In this document: piece by piece, positions 7,183 to 15,212 of the stretch | Layout of the letters: every line of letters starts with the position of its first letter | Numbering within the stretch: the first letter of the stretch is position 1 | DNA from: Candidatus Hydrogenedentota bacterium | GTDB lineage: Bacteria > Hydrogenedentota > Hydrogenedentia > Hydrogenedentales > SLHB01 | DNA length: 16,065 bases | Reading direction: 5' to 3' | Assembly: GCA_029974275.1 (NCBI GenBank) | Contig: JARKSN010000281.1 | Span: forward strand, 1-16,065 | Notes under the pieces: generated by a model | Seen by the model: only the letters and a program-made list of their open reading frames with translations | Databases searched by the model: none | Told to the model about the DNA's origin: nothing | Made by a program: the position numbers and the translations under genes

Positions 7183-7215
7183 AAGGGGGCTGCCGAAAGG
7201 CATGCCCCTTTTTTT
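7183..7215 (+). terminator. Rho-independent terminator after the GH172 pair
   Basis: AAGGGGGC-TGCC-GAAA-GGCA-T-GCCCC hairpin with GNRA loop, followed by T7 (7209-7215), 25 nt after the stop. Confidence 0.85.
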
Positions 7216-7259
7216 GTGTTGAGGGATATGTGTCGCGGTACGCCGGAGGAGGAGTGCGC

Positions 7260-7715
7260 ATGGTTGTTGCCAAGACTAAGAAGGCCATTGCCGTGGCGAC
7301 GGGTATCACGGTGACCATCACCGTGTGTCATTTCCTGTGGCTTGCGTTGGATGTGACGAACGAAGTGAGCGCTGACTATGACTATTACGTGGGCGCCTTT
7401 CTTCTCCTGCTCGCTTGGCTGCTCATGCCGGTGCTTACGGTGTTGGTCGGGCTGCTATCGCGCAAGGAGGTCATCGTCCGTTTCTGTCGGGCGCAGGCAA
7501 TCCTGTATGCGGCATTGTTTTCCTTCGCGTCCGTGCTCGGCGTGATGTCTCTGTTCGAAACCCAGGCCGAGAATGGAGCGAGCGGTAACCCGCTCTACCT
7601 CATTGCCGTCCCGGTGACCTTGCCTTTTCTATCGCTGCCGCTGATCGTGTTCTTTGCCGCAAGCGAAGCGGAGAAGTGGGTCAAGGCGCGTTGGGGCAGC
7701 GCAGGAAAGGGATAA
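7260..7715 (+). CDS. Hypothetical integral membrane protein (about 4 TM helices)
   Basis: GGAGGAGGAG RBS before ATG 7260. Four hydrophobic segments in 151 aa with basic N- and C-termini. No family recognised. Confidence 0.75.
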   Translation: MVVAKTKKAIAVATGITVTITVCHFLWLALDVTNEVSADYDYYVGAFLLLLAWLLMPVLTVLVGLLSRKEVIVRFCRAQAILYAALFSFASVLGVMSLFETQAENGASGNPLYLIAVPVTLPFLSLPLIVFFAASEAEKWVKARWGSAGKG

Positions 7716-7834
7716 CGACGGGACAGGCCGAGGACTTATTCTTGGAGAGTGCACGACTCCGGTTTCGCGTGACAAAGGGAAATGCAGATGGAGCGATCGC
7801 GCAGTTGTCGATCGATGTTCTGCGGTGGACGCCG

Positions 7835-7899
7835 AACGCGGAGGCAAACAGCGTCGCGGCGACTCTGCTTCTGATCGCGTTTTCGTGTTGTTTTTCTTC
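7835..7899 (+). terminator. Possible imperfect terminator hairpin between convergent genes
   Basis: AACGCG (7835-7840) pairs with CGCGTT (7876-7881), enclosing GAGGCA/TGCTTC and GTCG/CGAC stems, followed by a T-rich tract. Confidence 0.3.
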
Positions 7900-8023
7900 G
7901 CCGTGTGTGCCGGGTCGCAAACTGGTTAACGGAACGGGTCAGGAATCGCGGTCTGCAAACCGATCGTGACGGGTGAATGTCCGAAAGACCGGGGAGGGGC
8001 GGCGTTTGGAATGATGGGGGAAA

Positions 8024-8773
8024 TCAATAGACGGTGCGGGCATATTGTTCGAGCAGTTCCTTGGGGGGACCTGAGAAGACAGGAACGCCGTTGTCGAGCA
8101 AGATGCCGTCGCGGCAGAGGCTTTCGACTTCGTGGGGGCTGTGGGAGACGAGCAGGAGGGTCGTGCCGTCGCGGGCGATCATCTCGTTGATGCGGTCGAT
8201 GCACTTTTTTTGAAAACCGATGTCGCCCGTGGCGAGGACTTCGTCGACGAGCAGGATGTCGGTGTCGACGTTGACGGCGACGCTGAACCCAAGGCGCGCG
8301 AGCATGCCGGAGGAGTAGACGCGCACGGGGCGATCGAACCATTCGCCGAGTTCGCAAAATTCCTCGATCGTCTTCATGCGAGCGTTGAGTTCACGCCTGC
8401 GCAGGCCGACAATGGCGCCGAGGAGATAGGTGTTTTCGCGGCCTGTCAGTTCGGGATGGATGCCTGCGTTCAATTCGATCATCGGGAACAAACGGCCCGA
8501 TACGCGCACGCGGCCTTTGTTGGGAGGGGTGACGCCGGCGAGAATCTTGAGCAAGGTGCTTTTGCCCGCGCCGTTGCGTCCGACAATGCCCAGGGCGTCG
8601 CCGCGACGGACGGTGACGCTGATGTCGCGCAGGGCCCATGGGCCTTGTTCGTCGATCGACATAGGACGGCCAACCCATTGTCGCCACTGCCGGCGCAACG
8701 CCGGGACAAGCGGCAGACCGTAGCGTTTCCACACGCCTTCGACGTGAACGACCACATCGTTCATCGCGACCAC
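8024..8773 (-). CDS. wzt: Polysaccharide/polyol-phosphate ABC exporter ATP-binding protein (Wzt/TagH-like, no C-terminal CBM)
   Basis: WALRDIS, Walker [17 protein letters not shown], signature [12 protein letters not shown], Walker [12 protein letters not shown] loop. GTG 8773 or ATG 8764 start. Confidence 0.93.
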   Translation of the reverse strand: MVAMNDVVVHVEGVWKRYGLPLVPALRRQWRQWVGRPMSIDEQGPWALRDISVTVRRGDALGIVGRNGAGKSTLLKILAGVTPPNKGRVRVSGRLFPMIELNAGIHPELTGRENTYLLGAIVGLRRRELNARMKTIEEFCELGEWFDRPVRVYSSGMLARLGFSVAVNVDTDILLVDEVLATGDIGFQKKCIDRINEMIARDGTTLLLVSHSPHEVESLCRDGILLDNGVPVFSGPPKELLEQYARTVY

Positions 8774-8803
8774 ATCCCTAGAACACTCCTTGCGTTTTCC
8801 GCG

Positions 8804-9622
8804 TTACAGTACATCCGCGAAATACTGCGATACGTAGCGGAATACCGGCCAGACCAGCGCCCAAATCACAATGGTCACGATGACGGCCACCGCCAATAAA
8901 CTGAGATCAGGCGACTGGCCATACATCAATACGCTGCGGTAGGCCTCGACGATCCCGACCATGGGGTTGAGGCTGTACCAAGAACGAAGGCCCATGGGGA
9001 CGCCATCGACGAGGTAGAAAATTGGCGTGGCGAACATCCACGCCTGCAACAGCAGGGGGACCGCGAAAAACACGTCGTAGCGGTATGTGCCGAATGCGGC
9101 AAGGGCCAATCCAATGCCCGATGCGAGCATGAAGGTCAGCAGAGTCAGGATCGGCAGCCAGAACGCGCAAGCCCAAGGCGATGCGAGCGGGATTCCTTGG
9201 GCGATTTGGTAATACGCGAGAAGGCCAAAGAGAACGACAAGCGAAATCAGGAAATCGAGCAGCGAGACAATCACCACGGACAGGGGAAAGACTTCGCGCG
9301 GCACGGCAATCTTTTTGACGATGCTGGCGTTGGATATGAGACTCGAAGCGCAGCGCGTCACGGCGTTGGCGAAGAAGGTCCACGGCATCAGCGCGCAAAA
9401 GAGGTAAACCACGTACGGTCCCTTGGGGCTCGCCATTTTGAGAACCGTTCCCAAAAACAGAAACAGCAACATATACACCAGCGGCTGGATCACGGCCCAT
9501 AGCGGCCCGAGCATGGACCGCCGGTAGCGGCTCTTGAATTCGCGCGATACCAGCGCGGAAAGCAGCACCGTTGCGCGGCCTAGATCGCGCGGGCCGGCGG
9601 CGCTCGATGGGATTGCGCGCAT
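8804..9622 (-). CDS. wzm: Polysaccharide ABC exporter permease (Wzm/TagG-like, ABC-2 type)
   Basis: REFKSRYRRSMLGPLWAVIQP, PWTFF, VKKIAVPRE, ATPIFY, LNPMVGIVEAYR and FADVL end. Start moved to ATG 9622 (AGGAGG 10 nt upstream). Confidence 0.93.
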   Translation of the reverse strand: MRAIPSSAAGPRDLGRATVLLSALVSREFKSRYRRSMLGPLWAVIQPLVYMLLFLFLGTVLKMASPKGPYVVYLFCALMPWTFFANAVTRCASSLISNASIVKKIAVPREVFPLSVVIVSLLDFLISLVVLFGLLAYYQIAQGIPLASPWACAFWLPILTLLTFMLASGIGLALAAFGTYRYDVFFAVPLLLQAWMFATPIFYLVDGVPMGLRSWYSLNPMVGIVEAYRSVLMYGQSPDLSLLAVAVIVTIVIWALVWPVFRYVSQYFADVL

Positions 9623-9696
9623 GCGCCCCAGACCTCCTGCTTGCTTCATGCATTCATCTGCGCGGCTACTATGCGCAGGCGTGCTCGGAATTTCAA

Positions 9697-10608
9697 CTAC
9701 GAGGCGGACGGACGGCGCCATTCCTTGAGATAGCCCATGGCGGTTGCAAGATGGACGCGTTCGGTCAGGGGGCCGCGCGTTCGCCCGGCGAGTTTGCGCG
9801 CAGCCCATTCGGCAAGACCCGCCCAGGCTCGCGATACGCCGCCGTGGCCGGGATACGCGCGCTCGATACGGCACCGCGCGCGACCGGTCTGTTCGGCCTT
9901 GGCGATCATGTAGGCGGGGGTGAGGCGCTCGGGCTGCACGTAGTGCCGCACGCGCATGGCTGGCTCCCATAGAATCCGCAGGCCCGCGACGGTCTGAATC
10001 CGCAATACCATTTCCGCGTCTTCGGCCTCGGCCGTCACGCCGCTTCCGGGCGCAGCGAGGTCGGCGCGAAAGCCGCCCAATTCGCGCAATAGGTTTGTGC
10101 GAGCCGCGAAGTTGGTGGTGTATATTTCTTGCGGATAGCGCAGGGTCGTGCGGTACGATGCGATATCGAGCTTGTTGAACAGGCCGTCGAGCGCCGGTTC
10201 ATACCATGCAGGAACAGGGCCCAGCCACCCCACTTCAATGGGACCGCCCACGGCGCCGATGTCATTCTCCTCTTGCAGCACGCGGTTAAGGGCCGCGAAA
10301 TATCCCGGCAACATTTCCGCGTCGTCGTCGATGTAGACCAGCCATTCGCCCCGCGCTTCTTCGATGGCCCTGTTGCGCGCGTGACCAATTCCGCGCCGGG
10401 GTTCGCGCGCGCCGCGCACACCAGGGAATTCCTCGGAAAGTTGTTGAATGACTCGCGGCGTTTCGTCCGTGGAGTCGTTGTCGACGATTAGGATATCGAT
10501 GGAGCGATCGGGGAAATCTTGTCGCGCAATCGACTGCACGACGGTCGGCAGCAAATGCGCCCGGTTCCGGGTGCAGACGGCAACGGTGAATTGCGAGGGC
10601 GTTGTCAT
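9697..10608 (-). CDS. Glycosyltransferase family 2 (GT-A fold)
   Basis: TVAVCTRNR, ILIVDNDSTD, GHARNRAI, DxD (YIDDD), GGP, ED motif. ATGA overlap with the upstream GT4 stop. Confidence 0.92.
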   Translation of the reverse strand: MTTPSQFTVAVCTRNRAHLLPTVVQSIARQDFPDRSIDILIVDNDSTDETPRVIQQLSEEFPGVRGAREPRRGIGHARNRAIEEARGEWLVYIDDDAEMLPGYFAALNRVLQEENDIGAVGGPIEVGWLGPVPAWYEPALDGLFNKLDIASYRTTLRYPQEIYTTNFAARTNLLRELGGFRADLAAPGSGVTAEAEDAEMVLRIQTVAGLRILWEPAMRVRHYVQPERLTPAYMIAKAEQTGRARCRIERAYPGHGGVSRAWAGLAEWAARKLAGRTRGPLTERVHLATAMGYLKEWRRPSAS

Positions 10609-11723
10609 GATGTCATCGTCTCCTGCACGGTGTCGTCGTCACACGCGGCGCTCAAAAAACGGAGAGCTAGGGTGCGGTAATTGTAGCAATCGCGCACGGC
10701 CTCGTACCCTGCCTTGCCAAGCGTGGCGCGTTCCTGGGGATTGTTGAGCAGCGATTGCACTGCGGCAACGGCCTCGCTGGCATTCTGGTAAATGCGCAGC
10801 CTGCCTTCGCCGACGCGCCGCACTTCGTGCGTGTCGCTCGCGACGACGGCCTTGCCGCAGGCCCAGTACTCGGCTAGTTTGATGGGAAAGCAGCGGTCAG
10901 TCAGGCGGGACGGCACATAGGGCACGAGGCAGACGGCGGCCGTGCGTATCGCTTGCATCGCTTCTTCGTGCGACACGGGGCCTGGCGCGTGCAGGTTCGG
11001 CACGCAGCGGGTCGTTTCTCGCAGGCATCCCCGTTGTGGACCGTCGCCTAGCGCTGTCACGGGCACGTTGGGCATCTGGCGCGCGAGTTCAACGAGGAGC
11101 GCCACGTCGATACGGTCGGTGAGGCCGCCGACATACAACACGCCGCTCCCCCCGTGAAATGCGTTTTCGTCGAGCGGAGGCGGCGGCTCCGCCGTGCCGT
11201 TGGGCACGTACGCAACGCGTCGCGCATGCCGGCGGAGATCGTCGCCCAAGCGTTCGGCGGTGACGGTGCAAACGTCCGCCAGTCGCGCCACCGTTGGGAC
11301 GAGTATGTGCCGAAGCGTCCACCGTTCCCACGACACACGCGACCATTCCGGCCAGTCGTCGATATAGTCGAGCACTGCTTTTGTGCGACTGAAGCGTAGA
11401 TACAGGGCCGGCGCAAGGCCGAACGCAACGTCCGACAGGACCGCGACGTCGGGCTTGTGCTGGCGTAGCGCGTGCAGGTTGCGCATGTTCTGAAGCAGCG
11501 CCAGGCTCACGCCCCGCCGAAGCGCGCTCTGCCGTCGCACCACCTGGACGCCCGGCGGAACAGGCGTAGACCTCGACGGATCGAGATGCGCCGGCAATGC
11601 GCCCGTATAGCGGATAGGCTCGACAAAAACAACCGTGTGCCCCAAACGAGCCAACTCAGCGCATAACGGCGTCAAGCGCTGGTAGTAATCCCAAACCGCC
11701 GAACTAAAGAACAAGAACTTCAT
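10605..11723 (-). CDS. Glycosyltransferase family 4 (GT-B fold, TuaH-like)
   Basis: LGHTVVFVEP, DYIDDW, VPNG, LYVGGL..RID, PIKLAEYWACGKAVVAS. Confidence 0.88.
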   Translation of the reverse strand: MKFLFFSSAVWDYYQRLTPLCAELARLGHTVVFVEPIRYTGALPAHLDPSRSTPVPPGVQVVRRQSALRRGVSLALLQNMRNLHALRQHKPDVAVLSDVAFGLAPALYLRFSRTKAVLDYIDDWPEWSRVSWERWTLRHILVPTVARLADVCTVTAERLGDDLRRHARRVAYVPNGTAEPPPPLDENAFHGGSGVLYVGGLTDRIDVALLVELARQMPNVPVTALGDGPQRGCLRETTRCVPNLHAPGPVSHEEAMQAIRTAAVCLVPYVPSRLTDRCFPIKLAEYWACGKAVVASDTHEVRRVGEGRLRIYQNASEAVAAVQSLLNNPQERATLGKAGYEAVRDCYNYRTLALRFLSAACDDDTVQETMTS

Positions 11724-11748
11724 TGGCGCCTTTGGTTGAAGAAAAAAT

Positions 11749-11821
11749 CACCACATAGAAAACAAAGAAGACAGAGAGAACACACCGAAAACACTTCTCT
11801 GCGTCTTTGCGCCTCGGCGGC
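11749..11821. repeat. Degenerate periodic REP-like palindromic element (CACAGAG/CGCAGAG type)
   Basis: Left arm has 9-nt period CACATAGAA-AACAAAGAA-GACAGAGAG (11752-11778). Right arm has 8-nt period CTCTGCGT-CTTTGCGC-CTCGGCGG (11797-11820). The arms are approximately complementary. Confidence 0.6.
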
Positions 11822-11850
11822 TGTTTTTGCTTCCATTTTCTTTCCTGCAT

Positions 11851-12978
11851 TTAAGAAATAACAGCATTGTATATCTCGACAAGGCATTCGCCTAGCCGTT
11901 CCAAAGAAAAGGCGCGACAGATGTGCGCGCGGGCGGCGACGCCGAGTCGATGCCGCAAGGCAGGGTCGCTAACAAGCGTTCGAATCGTGGCAGTCAAGCG
12001 TTGCGTGTCGTTGCATGGAAAAAGCAAGACGTTTTTATTATCCGCGACGATCTCCTCCACGGCGGGATAATCCGACACGACGCACGCGAGACCGCTACTC
12101 ATTGCCTCGACCAACGACAACCCGAAACCCTCGACGGACGTCGCCATCGCATAGATGTCCATTGCGGCGAGACAGCGCTCGATATCTTCGCGGTATCCTG
12201 CGAACGCGACGTAGTCTTCCAAATGGAGTTCGCGCACACGAGCGCGCAGCGGGGCATCATGCGGTCCAATCCCCACAAACAACAGTCGCGCGCGCGGGCA
12301 TTCACTACGGAGCGATGCAACAGCCTTGCACACGAGTTCGTGTCCCTTGGTCGCGATCATGCGGCCCGTCATGCCGATCACGATGTCCTCGGGCGCGTAT
12401 CCGAACTCGCGGCGGATGGCGGCGCGCGACTCCTCGGGCAATGGCCGGAAGCGTTCCGTGTCTATCGCGTTGTAGAGCGTCCGCTTCGGCGTCTGCCGCG
12501 GGATCGATCGCACGACATCGTCCGAGCACCCCAAGAGAAGGTCGCAGCGTTTGTATAGCATGCGCTCCAGAAAATTCTGGTAGCGGTCGCGGAGGTTTTT
12601 GCGGTATGGCGTGTGCAGATGCGACACGAGACGCCGTATCCCCAGCGGCCTGCGCAGCATTTCGCACAGAAAACACGAGGGCACTAAATGCGCGTGACAA
12701 ATATCGGGAGGCCATGCCTTCAACAACGAGCGCAATGCAAGCGGAATGCGCGGATCGTGTTTGTGGCTGGCGAGAAAATGTGGATCGAAACCAATGCGCT
12801 GGAATGCCTGCGTGAACACGCCGGGACCGTGCAACGCGGCAACGCGGACGTCAAACCGATCGTGCGGCAGCGCGCGGCACATTGCGAGCAGAGCCGTTTG
12901 GGCTCCGCCGAGATTGAGGCTATCGATCACGTGCAGCACGCGCACGCGGCGATTGTCTTGGCGTGGCGCGGCGGTCAT
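11851..12978 (-). CDS. Glycosyltransferase family 4 (GT-B fold)
   Basis: VLHVIDSLNLGGAQ, YNAID, GRMIATKGH, GYREDI, EGFGLSLVEAMSSG (EX7E). Start moved to ATG 12978, which gives an ATGA overlap with the upstream stop. Confidence 0.93.
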   Translation of the reverse strand: MTAAPRQDNRRVRVLHVIDSLNLGGAQTALLAMCRALPHDRFDVRVAALHGPGVFTQAFQRIGFDPHFLASHKHDPRIPLALRSLLKAWPPDICHAHLVPSCFLCEMLRRPLGIRRLVSHLHTPYRKNLRDRYQNFLERMLYKRCDLLLGCSDDVVRSIPRQTPKRTLYNAIDTERFRPLPEESRAAIRREFGYAPEDIVIGMTGRMIATKGHELVCKAVASLRSECPRARLLFVGIGPHDAPLRARVRELHLEDYVAFAGYREDIERCLAAMDIYAMATSVEGFGLSLVEAMSSGLACVVSDYPAVEEIVADNKNVLLFPCNDTQRLTATIRTLVSDPALRHRLGVAARAHICRAFSLERLGECLVEIYNAVIS

Positions 12979-14102
12979 GCCGCGCCCCTTTCCCGAGCGG
13001 CTTCTTGAAGAAGCGCGAGATATCGGTCGCCGACGCATTCAAATGAAAACGCTGTGCGTATGCGTTCTTGCGCGCGTGCGCCAAGGTCTTCGCGCACGGT
13101 CCGGGATTGAAGCAAGCGCGTCAACGCATCGCGGATCGCGGGCGCGTCGCCGGGCGTCACGGTCAACCCCGCGTCGCCGATGAGTTCTGCGCAGCCCGTC
13201 GCATTCGACGTCACCACCGCCGCGCCGGACTGCATCGCTTCGAGCAACGACACCGGCGCGTTCTCTTTTTCAGAGACGAGGCAAAAAATGGCGGAGGTCT
13301 CGAAGAGGTCCGTCAGTTCAGGCGATCCCGGTTCCAGGCGTCCGTGGAAGACCGTCTTCGTCGACAGTTTTGCGGCCAATTTTTCGAGCTGTGCGCGCAT
13401 CGGGCCGTCCCCGGCGACATGCACTTCGAAGTCGGTTTCCACTCCCTGCAATGCTTCCAGCACGTGCTGAAATCCCTTCAGCGGCAGCAAACGTCCCGCC
13501 ATGAAAATGCGCGGCTTCTTGGGCTGCGGCGTGTATTTGCTTGCGCAAACGGCATTGGGAATGTGCGTGACCGGAACCGGGCCAATCGCGCATTGCAGCG
13601 TCTCGATGAGGAAACGCGACGGGCAGGTCGTCGTGGCCGCGTGACGAACGATGATTCGAGCGAGCGGCGAGATGAAGCGGTACTCGATGCGAAACCGATC
13701 AGGGTTGTAGCCGGGCACATCGGATCCGTGGACCGTCAGCACATAAGGACATTGCGCAAACCGCGTTGCCGCATATGCGAGGAGTCCTGTCGGCACGATG
13801 AAATGGCAGTGGATGACGTCGTAGTCTCCAGATCGCGCCATGCGCGCGACACGCGGCAGTGCGGCGAGAACGAACGAGAGCATCTCGTGCGTTTGCGTGG
13901 AACCCTGTTGTTTCCGGAGGCATGGCACGCGCAGGATATGCACGCCGTTGCGCGTTTCTTCGCGCGGAAGGCCGCCAAATGCCATTGTGACGACGTCGAC
14001 GCGATGTTGGCGCGAAACAAAATGCTCGCAGAGGTCCTGGCATACCGGGGCCGCCCCGCCGCCAACGGGCGGATACTCGTAGTTGAGAACGAGGATGTTC
14101 AT
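12975..14102 (-). CDS. Glycosyltransferase family 4 (GT-B fold)
   Basis: MNILVLNYEYPPVGGGA, HGSDVPG, IPNAV, GRLLPLKG, GDGP, ENAPVSLLEAMQSG (EX7E). Confidence 0.93.
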   Translation of the reverse strand: MNILVLNYEYPPVGGGAAPVCQDLCEHFVSRQHRVDVVTMAFGGLPREETRNGVHILRVPCLRKQQGSTQTHEMLSFVLAALPRVARMARSGDYDVIHCHFIVPTGLLAYAATRFAQCPYVLTVHGSDVPGYNPDRFRIEYRFISPLARIIVRHAATTTCPSRFLIETLQCAIGPVPVTHIPNAVCASKYTPQPKKPRIFMAGRLLPLKGFQHVLEALQGVETDFEVHVAGDGPMRAQLEKLAAKLSTKTVFHGRLEPGSPELTDLFETSAIFCLVSEKENAPVSLLEAMQSGAAVVTSNATGCAELIGDAGLTVTPGDAPAIRDALTRLLQSRTVREDLGARAQERIRTAFSFECVGDRYLALLQEAARERGAA

Positions 14103-14120
14103 GCCCGTGTCTGGCTGCGA

Positions 14121-15077
14121 TCACTCATCGTGCAACACATACGGCTTCTTGTCCTGCGTTTCGTAATACACGCGGATGATCATTTCCGCGAGGATGCCCA
14201 TCACGATAAACATCACGCCGAGAATGATCAGCATCGCGGCCAACAAGAGGAGCGGCGTGCGCGTGAGGCCAATCCCCGAAAAGAATTTGAGCCAGAGCGC
14301 ATACAACGTTGCGGGGGCGGACAACAGAATGCTGATGATGCCGAGGCCGCCGAAGAAGTGGATGGGCCGCGTTTGGTACGACGCCATGAACCGGATCATG
14401 ACGAGATCGAGGATGACTTTGGCGATGCGTTCGGCCCCGTACTTCGATTTGCCGCGGGTGCGTGCGCGATGGTTGATGGGCATCTCCGTCACTTTGCCGC
14501 CGAGCCACGAGCAATAGATGGGAATGAAGCGATGCATTTCGCCATACAGCCGGACGTCCTTGAGCACGCTGCGCCGATAGGCCTTTAACGTGCAGCCGTA
14601 GTCGTGCAGATGCACGCCGCTGACCAGCGAGATGATGCGGTTCGCGATCGCGGACGGCAGCACGCGAGAGAGAAACGCATCGCGCCGCCGTTGCCGCCAC
14701 CCGCTGACAACGTCGTAGCCCTCGTCGAGTTTCGCGAGAAGCGCCGGAATATCCTCGGGGTCGTTCTGCAGGTCGCCGTCCATCATGACAACCACCTCGC
14801 CCCGGGCGTATTCGATGCCCGCTTGCAATGCGGCGGTTTGGCCGAAGTTGCGCCGGAAATGCAGCGCGCGGATGGACGGGTCCTTTGCCGCCAATGCGTT
14901 GACCGCCTCGCGCGTGCCGTCGGCGCTGCCGTCGTTCACGAGGAGAATCTCGACGCGGCGATCGATGTTCGCGACGGCCCGCAACAGGGCGTCATGCAAC
15001 GGCGCGATATTTTCTCGCTCATTGTACAGCGGCACAACAATCGAGACGCCCACGGACGTCGGCTCAGCCACTTCCAC
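14121..15077 (-). CDS. Polyprenol-phosphate glycosyltransferase, GT2 (ArnC/GtrB/DPM1-like)
   Basis: SIVVPLYNE, NDGSADGT, RRNFGQTAA, MDGDLQNDP, GYDVVSGWR, DYGCTLKAY, YGEMHRFIP, two C-terminal TM helices. GGGAGGAGG RBS before GTG 15077. Confidence 0.94.
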   Translation of the reverse strand: MEVAEPTSVGVSIVVPLYNERENIAPLHDALLRAVANIDRRVEILLVNDGSADGTREAVNALAAKDPSIRALHFRRNFGQTAALQAGIEYARGEVVVMMDGDLQNDPEDIPALLAKLDEGYDVVSGWRQRRRDAFLSRVLPSAIANRIISLVSGVHLHDYGCTLKAYRRSVLKDVRLYGEMHRFIPIYCSWLGGKVTEMPINHRARTRGKSKYGAERIAKVILDLVMIRFMASYQTRPIHFFGGLGIISILLSAPATLYALWLKFFSGIGLTRTPLLLLAAMLIILGVMFIVMGILAEMIIRVYYETQDKKPYVLHDE

Positions 15078-15151
15078 GCGCCAGCCTCCTCCCTTGAATC
15101 GCGCCGGGACAGGTTGATGCGCCTTGGTCCGCGGCGGCGTTGCTTACCGAC

Positions 15152-15180
15152 GTTATACTCAAATCGTCACGATGAATAAA
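15152..15180 (-). promoter_or_regulatory. Possible internal promoter for the glycosyltransferase/ABC operon
   Basis: Minus strand TTTATT, 17-nt spacer, TATAAC in an AT-rich patch. The -35 is weak. The spacer holds the palindrome ATCGTCACGAT. Confidence 0.3.
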
Positions 15181-15212
15181 GAAGTCTCCCTGGCGACGAG
15201 GGCCTTGCGCCA

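Noticed and set aside
7654..8023. Short ORFs in the convergent gap, including a possible frameshifted Wzt C-terminal domain (PRSFGHSPVTI)
   Set aside because: No motif or RBS support. The alternative frame stops at 7926, far too short for a Wzt_C domain.
9658..9678. CTGCGC-N9-GCGCAG hairpin before wzm
   Set aside because: A 6-bp GC stem without a U-tract is expected by chance at this GC content.
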